Part shown: in pieces, positions 9,762 to 18,330 of the stretch | Position numbering within the stretch: position 1 is the stretch's first letter | Layout: each line of letters begins with the position of its first letter | NCBI GenBank assembly: GCA_964494765.1 | Contig: CAZBRP010000008.1 | Span: 4,069-68,068, forward strand | Origin: an uncultured Candidatus Saccharibacteria bacterium | GTDB taxonomy: Bacteria; Patescibacteriota; Saccharimonadia; Saccharimonadales; UBA4665 | Direction: 5' to 3' | DNA: 64,000 bases | Notes under the pieces: generated by a model | What the model saw: the letters and a program-made list of their open reading frames with translations, nothing else | The model's database searches: none | What the model was told of the DNA's origin: nothing | Made by a program: the position numbers and the translations under genes

Positions 9762-11450
9762 ATGGATGAGTTGAGCAAACAACAACAACTGCTAGAGATG
9801 CTTAAGGGCGGTGACTCAAATGAGGATACACTAGATAAGCAAAAAGTAAGGTATGCACTTTATGCTCGTAAATCAACTACAGGAGATGAAAAGCAGTCGT
9901 CATCTATCGAGGACCAGGTCCGGGATTGTATTGACCGTGTTATTGAACCGCAGGGTCTGAATTTAGTTGCGACCTACGAGGAGAAGTTTTCTGCCAAAGA
10001 GGCTGACACGCGCGAAGAATTTAAGCGACTCATAAACGATATTCAGCGTGGCAGGATAGACGGAGTGATTGCCTGGCATCCGGACCGGCTATCGCGGAAT
10101 ATGAAAGAGGCAGGTACGATTATTGACCTCGTTGATAAGGGTTCAATCAAGGATCTACAGTTTGCTACCTTCACTTTTGAGAATAACCCCGCAGGTAAGA
10201 TGTTACTCGGCATTACGTTCGTAATGGCAAAACAGTACTCGGAACACCTCAGCGAGTCGGTAGATAGAGGAAATCGCAGGGCTATTGAGGATGGAGAGTT
10301 TATCGGAAAATTCAAACATGGATACGTAATAGACGCTGAACGCCATTTCCAGCCCGACCCCGATAGTTTCATAAAGATTAAGCATATGTTCGAGATGGCG
10401 CTTGCTCGTAAATCTCAAAAAGAAATAAGGCTGTGGATCAATGAGCAGGACTACAAGGTCCAAAAGAAACAAGGAGCAGATCCAGTAGGTCATAAATGGA
10501 GCAAGGATGATGTGTCTGAACTCTTACGAGACTCTCATTATGCGGGTGTACACAAATGGGGTAAGAACTTAATTGCCATAGCAGAATTCTACGAGTTCCA
10601 GCCGATGATAACCGTTGACCAGTTTCTGGAAATTAATAAAATAGATAGCCTCAATTCTTCTAAGGTCCTGGCGCTGAGGCGACCGAGGACCGAAACAAGA
10701 GCGGACTTTCTAAGGGGCGTTGTCTACTGCGGACACTGCCACAAGACTCTGACATCAATGCTAATCGATAAAAAGAAAGATGGTGCGATAGTCAGTTCAA
10801 GGTATTACTACAAATGCGAAACGGCGGGTTGTGAAATGGAGGGTAAGTCCGCCCGTGCCAAGTACGTGATAGATGCTGCACAAGAATTTCTGGCAACTTA
10901 CCTATTTGTTAACAAATCGAACTATGCAACCTTTCTAAAGAGCGCAAAAGCCCAGATAAAACGCACCCAACACGACATAGACTCGGCGATTGCAAAACTA
11001 ACAAAGGACATCGCGAATAAGCAGTCTGCATACGAGAATATAAAGAGACTAATAGAAAGAGACGAGGCTGGCACACTTAAGCGGCATTATGACCTTGATG
11101 AAATATTGGCTGCTGTAACCGATATGCAAGAGCGACACGCTAAATTGGTACAGATGCGCAGGGATGCACCGAACGCACTGCCTACATTCGAGGAATATCT
11201 CAAACTATTTGAATCGACCTCTGTTATTTTGGGCAAAATACGCGATATGAAGCAGATGGACGCATTCATCAGGATTTTCTTCTCTAACTTTACAATTACA
11301 GCTACCGGAGAAGACTTCAGACGGGGGTCAACAGTAGTGTATAAACTAAACGAACCCTATGAAGGGTTCGTTAAAAATGGTGATTTCGTTCTTGGTGCGG
11401 GTCAGGGGACTCTAACCCCTGGCCTCATCCTTGGCAAGGATGCGCTCTAA
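9762..11450 (+). CDS. Large serine recombinase (integrase type)
   Basis: 562 aa. Resolvase catalytic domain YALYARKSTTGDEKQSSSIEDQ and DRLSRN, then a recombinase domain, a Cys-rich zinc ribbon (CGHCHK...YYKCETAGC) and a coiled-coil. The last 58 nt overlap tRNA-Gly on the opposite strand. Confidence 0.9.
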   Translation: MDELSKQQQLLEMLKGGDSNEDTLDKQKVRYALYARKSTTGDEKQSSSIEDQVRDCIDRVIEPQGLNLVATYEEKFSAKEADTREEFKRLINDIQRGRIDGVIAWHPDRLSRNMKEAGTIIDLVDKGSIKDLQFATFTFENNPAGKMLLGITFVMAKQYSEHLSESVDRGNRRAIEDGEFIGKFKHGYVIDAERHFQPDPDSFIKIKHMFEMALARKSQKEIRLWINEQDYKVQKKQGADPVGHKWSKDDVSELLRDSHYAGVHKWGKNLIAIAEFYEFQPMITVDQFLEINKIDSLNSSKVLALRRPRTETRADFLRGVVYCGHCHKTLTSMLIDKKKDGAIVSSRYYYKCETAGCEMEGKSARAKYVIDAAQEFLATYLFVNKSNYATFLKSAKAQIKRTQHDIDSAIAKLTKDIANKQSAYENIKRLIERDEAGTLKRHYDLDEILAAVTDMQERHAKLVQMRRDAPNALPTFEEYLKLFESTSVILGKIRDMKQMDAFIRIFFSNFTITATGEDFRRGSTVVYKLNEPYEGFVKNGDFVLGAGQGTLTPGLILGKDAL

Positions 11451-11469
11451 ACAACTGAGCTAGACCCGC
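11393..11469 (-). tRNA. tRNA-Gly (anticodon GCC), CCA encoded
   Basis: Hand-folded cloverleaf: GCGGGTC/GACCCGC acceptor, GCTC/GAGC D stem, CATCC-TTGCCAA-GGATG anticodon arm, AGGGG-TTAGAGT-CCCCT T arm, then ACCA. The T loop (A at position 56) and D loop (T at position 19) are atypical but can pair with each other. Confidence 0.8.
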
Positions 11470-11592
11470 ATTACGAGAGTGATTATACCGATATTTTGGC
11501 TTGTGTGCAAGGGGTGGGGTAACAATTACCACATGATTTGGGCGAAACGGGTGAAATATATGCGCCGCCGCGCCCCAGCAAAGTTCTTACGC

Positions 11593-11621
11593 TTGACTAT
11601 TTAGGCATTTTAAGGTATAAT
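11593..11621 (+). promoter_or_regulatory. Consensus sigma70-type promoter (TTGACT, 17 nt spacer, TATAAT) 6 nt upstream of ATG 11628
   Basis: -35 at 11593-11598 and -10 at 11616-11621. It lies inside the ORF-track TTG-extended reading frame, which argues for the downstream start. Confidence 0.6.
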
Positions 11622-11627
11622 AACTCT

Positions 11628-12710
11628 ATGATGAACTTGGGTGAGGCCAAGCAGGCCATGCCGTTTTCACGGATGCAAAAGGAGCAGAATGCACAGTTTG
11701 TTGTGGCTTCTGCTCGTCGTAAAACCCCCCGTTTACGACCCCTGTTTGTAGCAGCTTTTTTGGCTGTTATGGGTACGGGTATGATTTTGTGGGGCACTGG
11801 TGCTATACGTCCGGCTCATGTGCTGGGCGAAGCGACTGGTACGGGCACTTCGCAGTCTTCTGGCTCGGCTCCTGCTGTAGCAACAACTGGCTGCCAAGAA
11901 TCTCAACCTACTGCCGGGCAGCTTTTTGCCACGTGCCCAACTTTTACTCAGGACTATACAACGCAAAAGAATGGCTCAGTAAGTTCTAAAATCTTTAATA
12001 TTACCAATGGTAAGCCCGAGGCTAACCAAGAGGCCCAGTATTACACTGGTAATAGCAAAAACCTGCGTGTGCAGGATGGCAAATTGGTATTACAGGCCTT
12101 AAATGAATCTAAAGAAGGCTACAAATACACTTCGGCTCGTATTGATACCAAGGGTAAAAAAGACTTTTTGTACGGCAAGATTGTGGTGCGAGCCACATTG
12201 CCAACGGGTGTAGGCACTTGGCCAGCAATTTGGATGCTGCCCAGCGAGTCAAAATATGCATCGTTACGGCCCGAAAGCGATGTTAACCGCTACCTAAACG
12301 ACGGCGAAATGGACATTGCTGAATCAATTGGCACCGAGCCTCACCGTATATATGGCATTGCTCACTCACTTGTCTATGCTCAAAATAGTACTAATAAGGG
12401 CTACTTTAGCACGGTTAACGTGCCAGATAGCGACACGGCATTCCATGACTACCAGCTTGAATGGACACCTACCAAGCTTACCTTTAGCGTTGATGGTAAA
12501 GCATTTTTTACAATCAGCAAACAAGCCGGTGCCGATTATCGCTCATGGCCATACGACCAGCCATTTTACTTGGTCTTGAACCTTGCCCTTGGTGGTAGTT
12601 GGGGTGGCACCGACCGCGCCCACTTCCCAGAAGACGGCGTAGACAAGCAGGCATTACCTGCCGCACTTAACGTGCAATCTATAAACTACTACCCGTACGT
12701 CGGCCGTTAA
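11628..12710 (+). CDS. Membrane-anchored or secreted glycoside hydrolase family 16 (beta-glucanase/laminarinase-like)
   Basis: GH16 catalytic motif EMDIAE (ExDxxE). N-terminal TM/signal anchor PLFVAAFLAVMGTGMILWG. Start moved from TTG 11538 to ATG 11628 because of the internal promoter; ATG 11661 or 11676 are also possible. Confidence 0.8.
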   Translation: MMNLGEAKQAMPFSRMQKEQNAQFVVASARRKTPRLRPLFVAAFLAVMGTGMILWGTGAIRPAHVLGEATGTGTSQSSGSAPAVATTGCQESQPTAGQLFATCPTFTQDYTTQKNGSVSSKIFNITNGKPEANQEAQYYTGNSKNLRVQDGKLVLQALNESKEGYKYTSARIDTKGKKDFLYGKIVVRATLPTGVGTWPAIWMLPSESKYASLRPESDVNRYLNDGEMDIAESIGTEPHRIYGIAHSLVYAQNSTNKGYFSTVNVPDSDTAFHDYQLEWTPTKLTFSVDGKAFFTISKQAGADYRSWPYDQPFYLVLNLALGGSWGGTDRAHFPEDGVDKQALPAALNVQSINYYPYVGR

Positions 12711-12733
12711 TACTACGGCAACCATAAGCACTT

Positions 12734-12768
12734 AAACCACAAATTGCACATAAGGCAATTTGTGGTTT
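12734..12768 (+). terminator. Rho-independent terminator after the GH16 gene
   Basis: Perfect 14-bp stem aaaccacaaattgc/gcaatttgtggttt with a 7-nt loop and a T-rich 3' side. Confidence 0.65.
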
Positions 12769-12782
12769 ATAGTATGAATTAC

Positions 12783-14117
12783 ATGAAGTATAGGCTTGGC
12801 CATAAGGTGCAGAGGGGTGTTTTTGACCGTTTTGGTACAAAGCGTATTGCCTTGGGTGCGTTTGGGGGCTTTGCGGCTATTGCGCTAAGTATTGGTATTA
12901 TAGGCGGAGTTCCGGGCGTTTCTGGTCTGGGTGAGCATACAGCGGCTGCACCACAGGCAGGCGCTAGTACCACTGTAGCAACCAGTCAAAAGGGCAAGAG
13001 TACTACTGGTGGTAAACAGACTGCAAGTAGTAAAAAAACCACTCCTATGGCCTCTGATATCAAAACTTCGTCTGCTGAGACAGGCTTGCGCATAGCAAGC
13101 TGCACTGGCCACGCACCAAAGGTGTCTGGGCTTGATATAGCGGCTAATGCGCAGCTCCGTAAGCTGGCGCAGTACCAGCAGGTGTGTGGTGGTCAGTTAG
13201 CCAGCCGTTTGTCATTCTTTGTGCCTACTCCGGCTACTGTTGCCGATGCGCGTAGTTACGCTAACGACATTGTGGTAACGCTGCGGGCCTATGCCCAGTA
13301 TGGCGTGGCGCCACTTGTATTTATGGAGCCGGCCACTGCCACTGGCGCGCATTTAGATCTTGCACAGTACCAAAATGGTGCCTACGATGAAGCACTAGAT
13401 GCCTATTTTGCCGCCATTAAAGCAGCTGGCATAACAGATAGCGCAATGGGTATGTGGGTTATGTTGCCCGAGGGTAATTTGCCTATATGGACGAGCGTTG
13501 ACCCCAGCACATTTGCGGCCAGCGTTACTAAGGCGGCGCAGGCTCAAAAGAAGCATTTCCCGGGTAGTAAAACGTCGGTTATGTTGGATAGCAAAACCTA
13601 TCCGTCGGCTACATCATGGAGCGGCGGCGCCTACACCAGCCTGGTGCCTTACGTGCAGTCTATCCCTAAAGGCCTTATTGATAGTTTTGGTTTGCAGGGC
13701 TTCCCCTGGTCGCCGCCAGCTAACGAGCCAGGACCCAGTATCAACGACCCTAAGGCCTATTTGCAGATTGACCTGGCTGCCGCAGCTGCGCGGAGCCTTG
13801 GCGTAACCAATATTTGGCTCAACACGGGCACCTTTAGCCGCCAACACACCAATAATGCCGCGCAAACAGTTACGGCCACACCCATTGCCCGCCAGGCACT
13901 TTTAGACGGTGTTACTAGCCAAGCAAAGAGTCTGAACGGGCAGGGTTTTGCGGTAAGCGTGCACTTGTTTGCTCAAGACAAGACAGCCACAGGTGAAGCA
14001 ATAGACTGGTCGTACTGGCATGCACCGGGCGACAGTCCTAGCACCGATGTGTTTGCCACTTTTGCCCACGACCTTACGGCGGCAAACGTACCGCTGTGGA
14101 TTTTTGACACATATTAA
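12783..14117 (+). CDS. Membrane-anchored secreted protein, putative glycoside hydrolase-like (family unassigned)
   Basis: Signal anchor ALGAFGGFAAIALSIGIIGG, a Ser/Thr-rich linker, then a roughly 330-aa domain containing FPWSPPANEPG. It sits between GH16 and the deacetylase. The ORF track starts at TTG 12744; ATG 12783 lies 9 nt after TATAGT (12768-12773). Confidence 0.5.
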   Translation: MKYRLGHKVQRGVFDRFGTKRIALGAFGGFAAIALSIGIIGGVPGVSGLGEHTAAAPQAGASTTVATSQKGKSTTGGKQTASSKKTTPMASDIKTSSAETGLRIASCTGHAPKVSGLDIAANAQLRKLAQYQQVCGGQLASRLSFFVPTPATVADARSYANDIVVTLRAYAQYGVAPLVFMEPATATGAHLDLAQYQNGAYDEALDAYFAAIKAAGITDSAMGMWVMLPEGNLPIWTSVDPSTFAASVTKAAQAQKKHFPGSKTSVMLDSKTYPSATSWSGGAYTSLVPYVQSIPKGLIDSFGLQGFPWSPPANEPGPSINDPKAYLQIDLAAAAARSLGVTNIWLNTGTFSRQHTNNAAQTVTATPIARQALLDGVTSQAKSLNGQGFAVSVHLFAQDKTATGEAIDWSYWHAPGDSPSTDVFATFAHDLTAANVPLWIFDTY

Positions 14118-14153
14118 CAGACCGGATCACAGGGATCCGGTCTGTTAATTTTT
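14114..14153. terminator. Bidirectional rho-independent terminator between convergent genes
   Basis: Perfect 15-bp stem ttaacagaccggatc/gatccggtctgttaa with a 5-nt loop, followed by ttttt. Confidence 0.75.
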
Positions 14154-14166
14154 GGCGTAATAGCCC

Positions 14167-16374
14167 TTATTTTACTTGAGCAGTTACTTCTGCCAGTGCG
14201 GCTGCCTGAGTTTTTACAGTAATGCCAGACGACTTAATGTAGTTAAGCTGTGCGTCGAGGTCGGCAGTTTTAACGGCGTCGTCATCTTCTGGTGCAACTT
14301 GGTTTTCTACTTGGTGGTATACCAGTACCAACCAGGTTTTTTGAGCCATGGCTTGGTCTACCCACGCCTTAACTTGGGCGTTGGTGGTTGTGGCCATAAC
14401 GTTTTGCACCACGATGTTGTAGGGGTTAAAGTTGTCTTTGCTGTTAAAGCCCACATCAGTGGAGCGGTGAGATGTATAGTATTTCTTGATGTTAGTAATT
14501 ACGGTGGCATTGTAGCTACCATATGGGCTTGCAATCTCGGTGGCAACGCTACTGCCAAATTTGCTGCGCAGCGTTGTTTGCGATTGGCTAAGCTCGGTCG
14601 TGAGCTTAGCGCTCGTTAAGGTTGTTAGGTCTAAGTGGCTAACGGTGTGTGAGCCAATCTCGCTACCTTGAGTCTGGAAAGCCTTAACTTGGGCTGTGGT
14701 CATATAGCCGCTGGTGCCTATTTTGCCACTAATAATGTACTGCGTAGAAGGCATGCTGTACTTGGTGAGCAATGGTAGGCCATTGGTGTAAATGTTAGTC
14801 CAGCCGTCGTCAAAATCAAGGCTTACTAGCCCCTTAGTAAAGCCAGTTGGCGTGTAGGTAGACAGGCTGTAATCGTCGGTTTGTACCCAGCCGGTGCTGG
14901 CGATTAGCATATATACGGTTACAGATTGCGCATCGCTTGGGCCAGAGAAATTGGTTGTGTACTGGCTCCAGGTGGTTGCGTTCGTGCCCATTGGCAAGGT
15001 GAGGGTTTGGTAGATTACTGAACCGTCGGCCTTGGTAAAGGCGGCTACGGCGCGTACCTGAGTACTTGCCTTAATCCAGGTTGAAAAGCGGTAGCTATCG
15101 CCGTTTTTGAGGCCTGTTACGGGCTTAAATGCCCACTTAGCATCACCGTCGGTGTAGCTGGTAATGCTCGTTTTAATGCTCTTAGAGCCAGTGTGGGCGT
15201 CGCCCACGTAGCTAAAGCTGGCATTGTTTGTGCCCCATGAGCTGCGTTCCCAGTTATCTGGTGTGGTGCCATTGGCTGATGTCTCAACAGAGGGGTTGGC
15301 AATGGTAAGCGGTGTTGGAGTAGTAGGCGGCGTGGGGGTAGTAGGGGTTGTGGCCACAAGGCTCACGTCGTCAATAGAAAGGCTACCTACGCGGTCTAGC
15401 AAGTGGAAGATGGTCACATTTGTGGCGCCGGTAGGGGCGGTGAGCGAAGTAGAATAGGTGGCCCACGCGGCTGCGGCCGGTGCCTGGGCGAGTTCAACGT
15501 AGGCTGTAGTGCCGTCGGTTTTAGCGTAGGCAGCTACAACACGGGTTGCCACAGAACTGATGTAGCTATCGCTGTAAGTATAGGCTTGGCCAGCGGTAAC
15601 AGTAACAGGGTTGGCGTGCCATTTAGCATCACCGTCGGTGTAGCTAGTGATTTTTACTGTTGCGCTGCGGCTGCCAGTGTGACCGGTTTGGTCGTAGGTA
15701 AATGCGGCATTGTTTGTGCCCCAGCTGCCGGTTTGCCAGCTAGCAGGAGTATTGCCGTTTGCAGTTTCAAACGATGCGTTAGTAATCAGATTAGTGCCTG
15801 TAGGCTGCGTAGGAGTAGTGGGCGGTGTTACGACTGCTGCAGAAGTAAGACTGGCGTCATCAATAACTAAATTGCCTGTTGTTGGCAGAATGTGCAATAT
15901 AGAAACCTTTTTAGCGGTTGCAGGCACCGTAAAGGTTGCGCTCGTTTGCATCCAGCCTGTGGCAGGGTTTACTGCGCCCAGGTAGGCATAGGTAGCAACG
16001 CCGTTGGCGTCGGTGTATACCGCGTCGAGTTCCGTTGCAACAGATGCCTTATAAAAGTCGCTGTAGGTATATTGCTGGCCACCAGTTACGGTTACGGCGT
16101 CAGGTGTCCACTTGGCGTCGCCGCTGGTACGAGCTGTGCTGGTAATATTCAGTGCCTGGCTACCAGTGTGTGCATCGCTAGTTGGCTGCATGGTAGTCGT
16201 GCTTGTACCCCAGTTGTCGGCGGTCCAGTTAGCGGGCTTGCCACTAACGAGCGTTTCGGCAGATGGGTTATTGATAAGGTTTGTGCTATCAGCTGATACA
16301 GCTTGATGCAGTGCACCGGCTAGCAGTACAAAAAAGAGCATCGATGCCATTACTAAGGGAAACAGTCGCTTCAT
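14167..16374 (-). CDS. Secreted polysaccharide deacetylase (NodB/CE4 domain) with three N-terminal carbohydrate-binding-module-like repeats
   Basis: Signal peptide. Three repeats of about 147 aa (NLI(N/T)N(P/A)S(A/F)E...GDAKW...IDD(A/V)SL) separated by Pro/Thr linkers. C-terminal NodB motifs SLDFDDGW and GSHTVSH. Confidence 0.8.
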   Translation of the reverse strand: MKRLFPLVMASMLFFVLLAGALHQAVSADSTNLINNPSAETLVSGKPANWTADNWGTSTTTMQPTSDAHTGSQALNITSTARTSGDAKWTPDAVTVTGGQQYTYSDFYKASVATELDAVYTDANGVATYAYLGAVNPATGWMQTSATFTVPATAKKVSILHILPTTGNLVIDDASLTSAAVVTPPTTPTQPTGTNLITNASFETANGNTPASWQTGSWGTNNAAFTYDQTGHTGSRSATVKITSYTDGDAKWHANPVTVTAGQAYTYSDSYISSVATRVVAAYAKTDGTTAYVELAQAPAAAAWATYSTSLTAPTGATNVTIFHLLDRVGSLSIDDVSLVATTPTTPTPPTTPTPLTIANPSVETSANGTTPDNWERSSWGTNNASFSYVGDAHTGSKSIKTSITSYTDGDAKWAFKPVTGLKNGDSYRFSTWIKASTQVRAVAAFTKADGSVIYQTLTLPMGTNATTWSQYTTNFSGPSDAQSVTVYMLIASTGWVQTDDYSLSTYTPTGFTKGLVSLDFDDGWTNIYTNGLPLLTKYSMPSTQYIISGKIGTSGYMTTAQVKAFQTQGSEIGSHTVSHLDLTTLTSAKLTTELSQSQTTLRSKFGSSVATEIASPYGSYNATVITNIKKYYTSHRSTDVGFNSKDNFNPYNIVVQNVMATTTNAQVKAWVDQAMAQKTWLVLVYHQVENQVAPEDDDAVKTADLDAQLNYIKSSGITVKTQAAALAEVTAQVK
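14860..16284 (-). repeat. Three tandem in-frame coding repeats (CBM4/9-like modules) inside the deacetylase gene
   Basis: Protein residues about 31-177, 194-340 and 356-505 align with each other. Shared DNA strings such as ggcattgtttgtgcccca recur. Confidence 0.7.
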
Positions 16375-16542
16375 GAAAACTCCTTTTACATGAATATCGT
16401 AAAGTTATCTTTATAATACAATAATTTACAAAAATAGTCAATGTTTTACTCTGTTCGGGCTATATGCAGTACATACATATACTTTACATATTTGCACATA
16501 TAGGGTATAATAAGTCTAAGATTTGAGTACTACCTTGAGTGT

Positions 16543-16788
16543 ATGTTTGAGCATCCCCAAGGCGAGACGCAGATTGAGGTAAAGAGGCATAGTTTTATGT
16601 CTCACAATAAGGAGAGCCGTATGTACGGAAAGGGACTTGGTGTCACAAATGTGGCAACTGGTATTTCTTTGCTCACCCCTCGCCACAACCACGTGTTGTT
16701 TGCGATCGGTGCTACGTTGCTACTGAGCGGGATTGTAATCCTGGTGATCTCTTTTGCACTCAGCCGCAGGCAGCCAGTTGCTAAATAA
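16543..16788 (+). CDS. Small hypothetical membrane protein
   Basis: 81-aa ORF with one clear C-terminal TM (VLFAIGATLLLSGIVILVISFAL). A strong terminator follows. The start is uncertain. Confidence 0.3.
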   Translation: MFEHPQGETQIEVKRHSFMSHNKESRMYGKGLGVTNVATGISLLTPRHNHVLFAIGATLLLSGIVILVISFALSRRQPVAK

Positions 16789-16800
16789 AATTTAGTACAC

Positions 16801-16836
16801 AAAAAATAACGACCACAGATGTGGTCGTTATTTTTT
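16801..16836. terminator. Bidirectional rho-independent terminator
   Basis: Perfect 16-bp stem aaaaaataacgaccac/gtggtcgttatttttt with a 4-nt loop. Confidence 0.75.
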
Positions 16837-16924
16837 GTGTTAATGCATTTCTTGGTTGTGGCCTGAGGTTACTGGGTTATGGTAGGCAATGGTTTGCCGT
16901 GCGCAGCTATCTTATACCCTAGCC

Positions 16925-18220
16925 TCAGCTAATGTCTTGGAGGGCGGCAGTATTCAGTGCGTAACGGCGGCCTTCTGTGCCCCAACCCTTGATTTCTTCT
17001 TGGAAGCGGTGCAATACAAGGATCTCAAAGGCAGACCATAGGTAAATGCCAATCTCTACCCAGCGCAAGAAGTAAAAGTATGGTAATGCGCCTAGCATGT
17101 TCCAGCGGCGAATGGCTACCGAAGCCCAGAGTGCAATGATGCTATTTAAAATGAAGTCAACTGTAACGGCAACCGGGATATACATCAGGTCGTGCGTTAA
17201 CAGAATGGTCAGGGGAATTAGTACCAGCAATTGCAGTATAAAGAAGGCAGTTTGCAGCATCTGGAAGCCAAGACTTACGTCAATGCGTTGTTTACCAAGA
17301 CCAATGCCGTATTTTTTGACTCCCTGGAAGAAGCCACGCTGCCAGCGCTGGGTTTGCTTGCAAAAGTCATCAAAAGTTTGAGGATCTTGCGTGTAGTTAA
17401 CAGCCTGCGGGATAAACAAAATGTCACCTAGCTTTTGGCGGTGTACCTGCAGGGTAATGTCAAAGTCTTCAGTAAGCGTTTTAGCCTCAAAGTCGAGCTT
17501 AGATAGTATGTCGGTACGGAAACAGGTAATAGGGCCAGGGAACACCGATATCATGCCTAATTTGGCTTGAATACGACGGTTAACGTGCTGGCTAAAGGTG
17601 TAGGTAAGCGCTCGGTAGGTGCTAATCCAGTTACCACGCATACTTTGTACAAAACCTACGGCAACAGCGTACTTTTCGTGATCTAACTTGCTGCTATATA
17701 CGCGGAAATAGTCAGACGAGAACACACTGTCGGCATCTGCGATGTGCAACCACTGGTAGTCGCGTTCAATATTAAACTGCTTGATGGCTTTTTTAACAGC
17801 TAGGGCTTTACCGCTTCGTTCTACACTGAGTACGTTGCGCTTGCCAAGTAAACGAATGGCAATGGCTCGAGTTTGGTCGCTTGAGGCATCGTCGACAACA
17901 AAAATGTCGCGTTTGTTTTGGCCAGCCGCAATGGCTGACTGAATAGTAGTGGCAATAATCAACTCTTCGTTGTGGCCAGGTAGTAATAGTGCAAGTTTCT
18001 TTTGCGTTGGCTTAATAACTCGCTTGCGTACGGCTTGCACCTGCTTACGTGCTACCTGTACTTTGGCTTTGGTCGAGCGAGCTGCGCGCTTTTTAGGCGG
18101 CGCTACTGTACGACGGGTATAATCTGTAGGCATAGCCGCAGACTTCCCGTTTTTAAGGGGTCGATGTGCGTATTCTGCCTCGCCTCGCGGCGCTAGTGGC
18201 GTAATAACTGCTGCTCTCAT
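16925..18220 (-). CDS. Processive family-2 glycosyltransferase (PgaC/IcaA/NodC/cellulose-synthase-like)
   Basis: Motifs VVDDASSD, ADADS, TEDFD and QRWQRG (QxxRW), plus C-terminal TM helices. Basic N-terminal extension; a start at the internal Met (18133) is possible. Confidence 0.85.
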   Translation of the reverse strand: MRAAVITPLAPRGEAEYAHRPLKNGKSAAMPTDYTRRTVAPPKKRAARSTKAKVQVARKQVQAVRKRVIKPTQKKLALLLPGHNEELIIATTIQSAIAAGQNKRDIFVVDDASSDQTRAIAIRLLGKRNVLSVERSGKALAVKKAIKQFNIERDYQWLHIADADSVFSSDYFRVYSSKLDHEKYAVAVGFVQSMRGNWISTYRALTYTFSQHVNRRIQAKLGMISVFPGPITCFRTDILSKLDFEAKTLTEDFDITLQVHRQKLGDILFIPQAVNYTQDPQTFDDFCKQTQRWQRGFFQGVKKYGIGLGKQRIDVSLGFQMLQTAFFILQLLVLIPLTILLTHDLMYIPVAVTVDFILNSIIALWASVAIRRWNMLGALPYFYFLRWVEIGIYLWSAFEILVLHRFQEEIKGWGTEGRRYALNTAALQDIS

Positions 18221-18330
18221 GTATTACATATGATATCATAATTTTAGTAATTTTGCAAGTATTGGGCTGTATTGCAAGAGGCCTGGCCGGCCTAAAAAAT
18301 ACCTACGAGCCCATTAATTACAGATAAAAA

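Larger units (their letters stand above)
1..11392. mobile_element. Putative integrated genomic island (type I R-M, accessory genes, large serine recombinase) abutting the 3' end of tRNA-Gly
   Basis: The region looks AT-richer than the rest of the window (by eye, not computed). Its cargo is R-M/defence-like. The recombinase is the last gene before tRNA-Gly and reads antisense into it. Window nt 1-8 (tggtgcgg) repeat nt 11393-11400. The left boundary coincides with the window edge and cannot be verified. Confidence 0.45.

Noticed and set aside
11538-11627. TTG-initiated N-terminal extension of the GH16 ORF
   Set aside because: The extension contains a consensus -35/-10 promoter (11593-11621) and starts only 69 nt after tRNA-Gly. 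The downstream ATG gives a normal signal anchor.
14860-16284. Possible CRISPR-like or non-coding tandem repeat
   Set aside because: The repeat units are about 450-500 nt, in frame, diverged, and encode recognisable protein modules. There is no short repeat-spacer periodicity anywhere in the window.
14176-16306. Series of plus-strand ORFs (14176..14619, 15403..15870, 15710..15985, 15892..16296 and others)
   Set aside because: All lie antisense within the repeat-rich deacetylase gene. They are long open antisense frames produced by the Thr/Ala/Gly-rich repeats.
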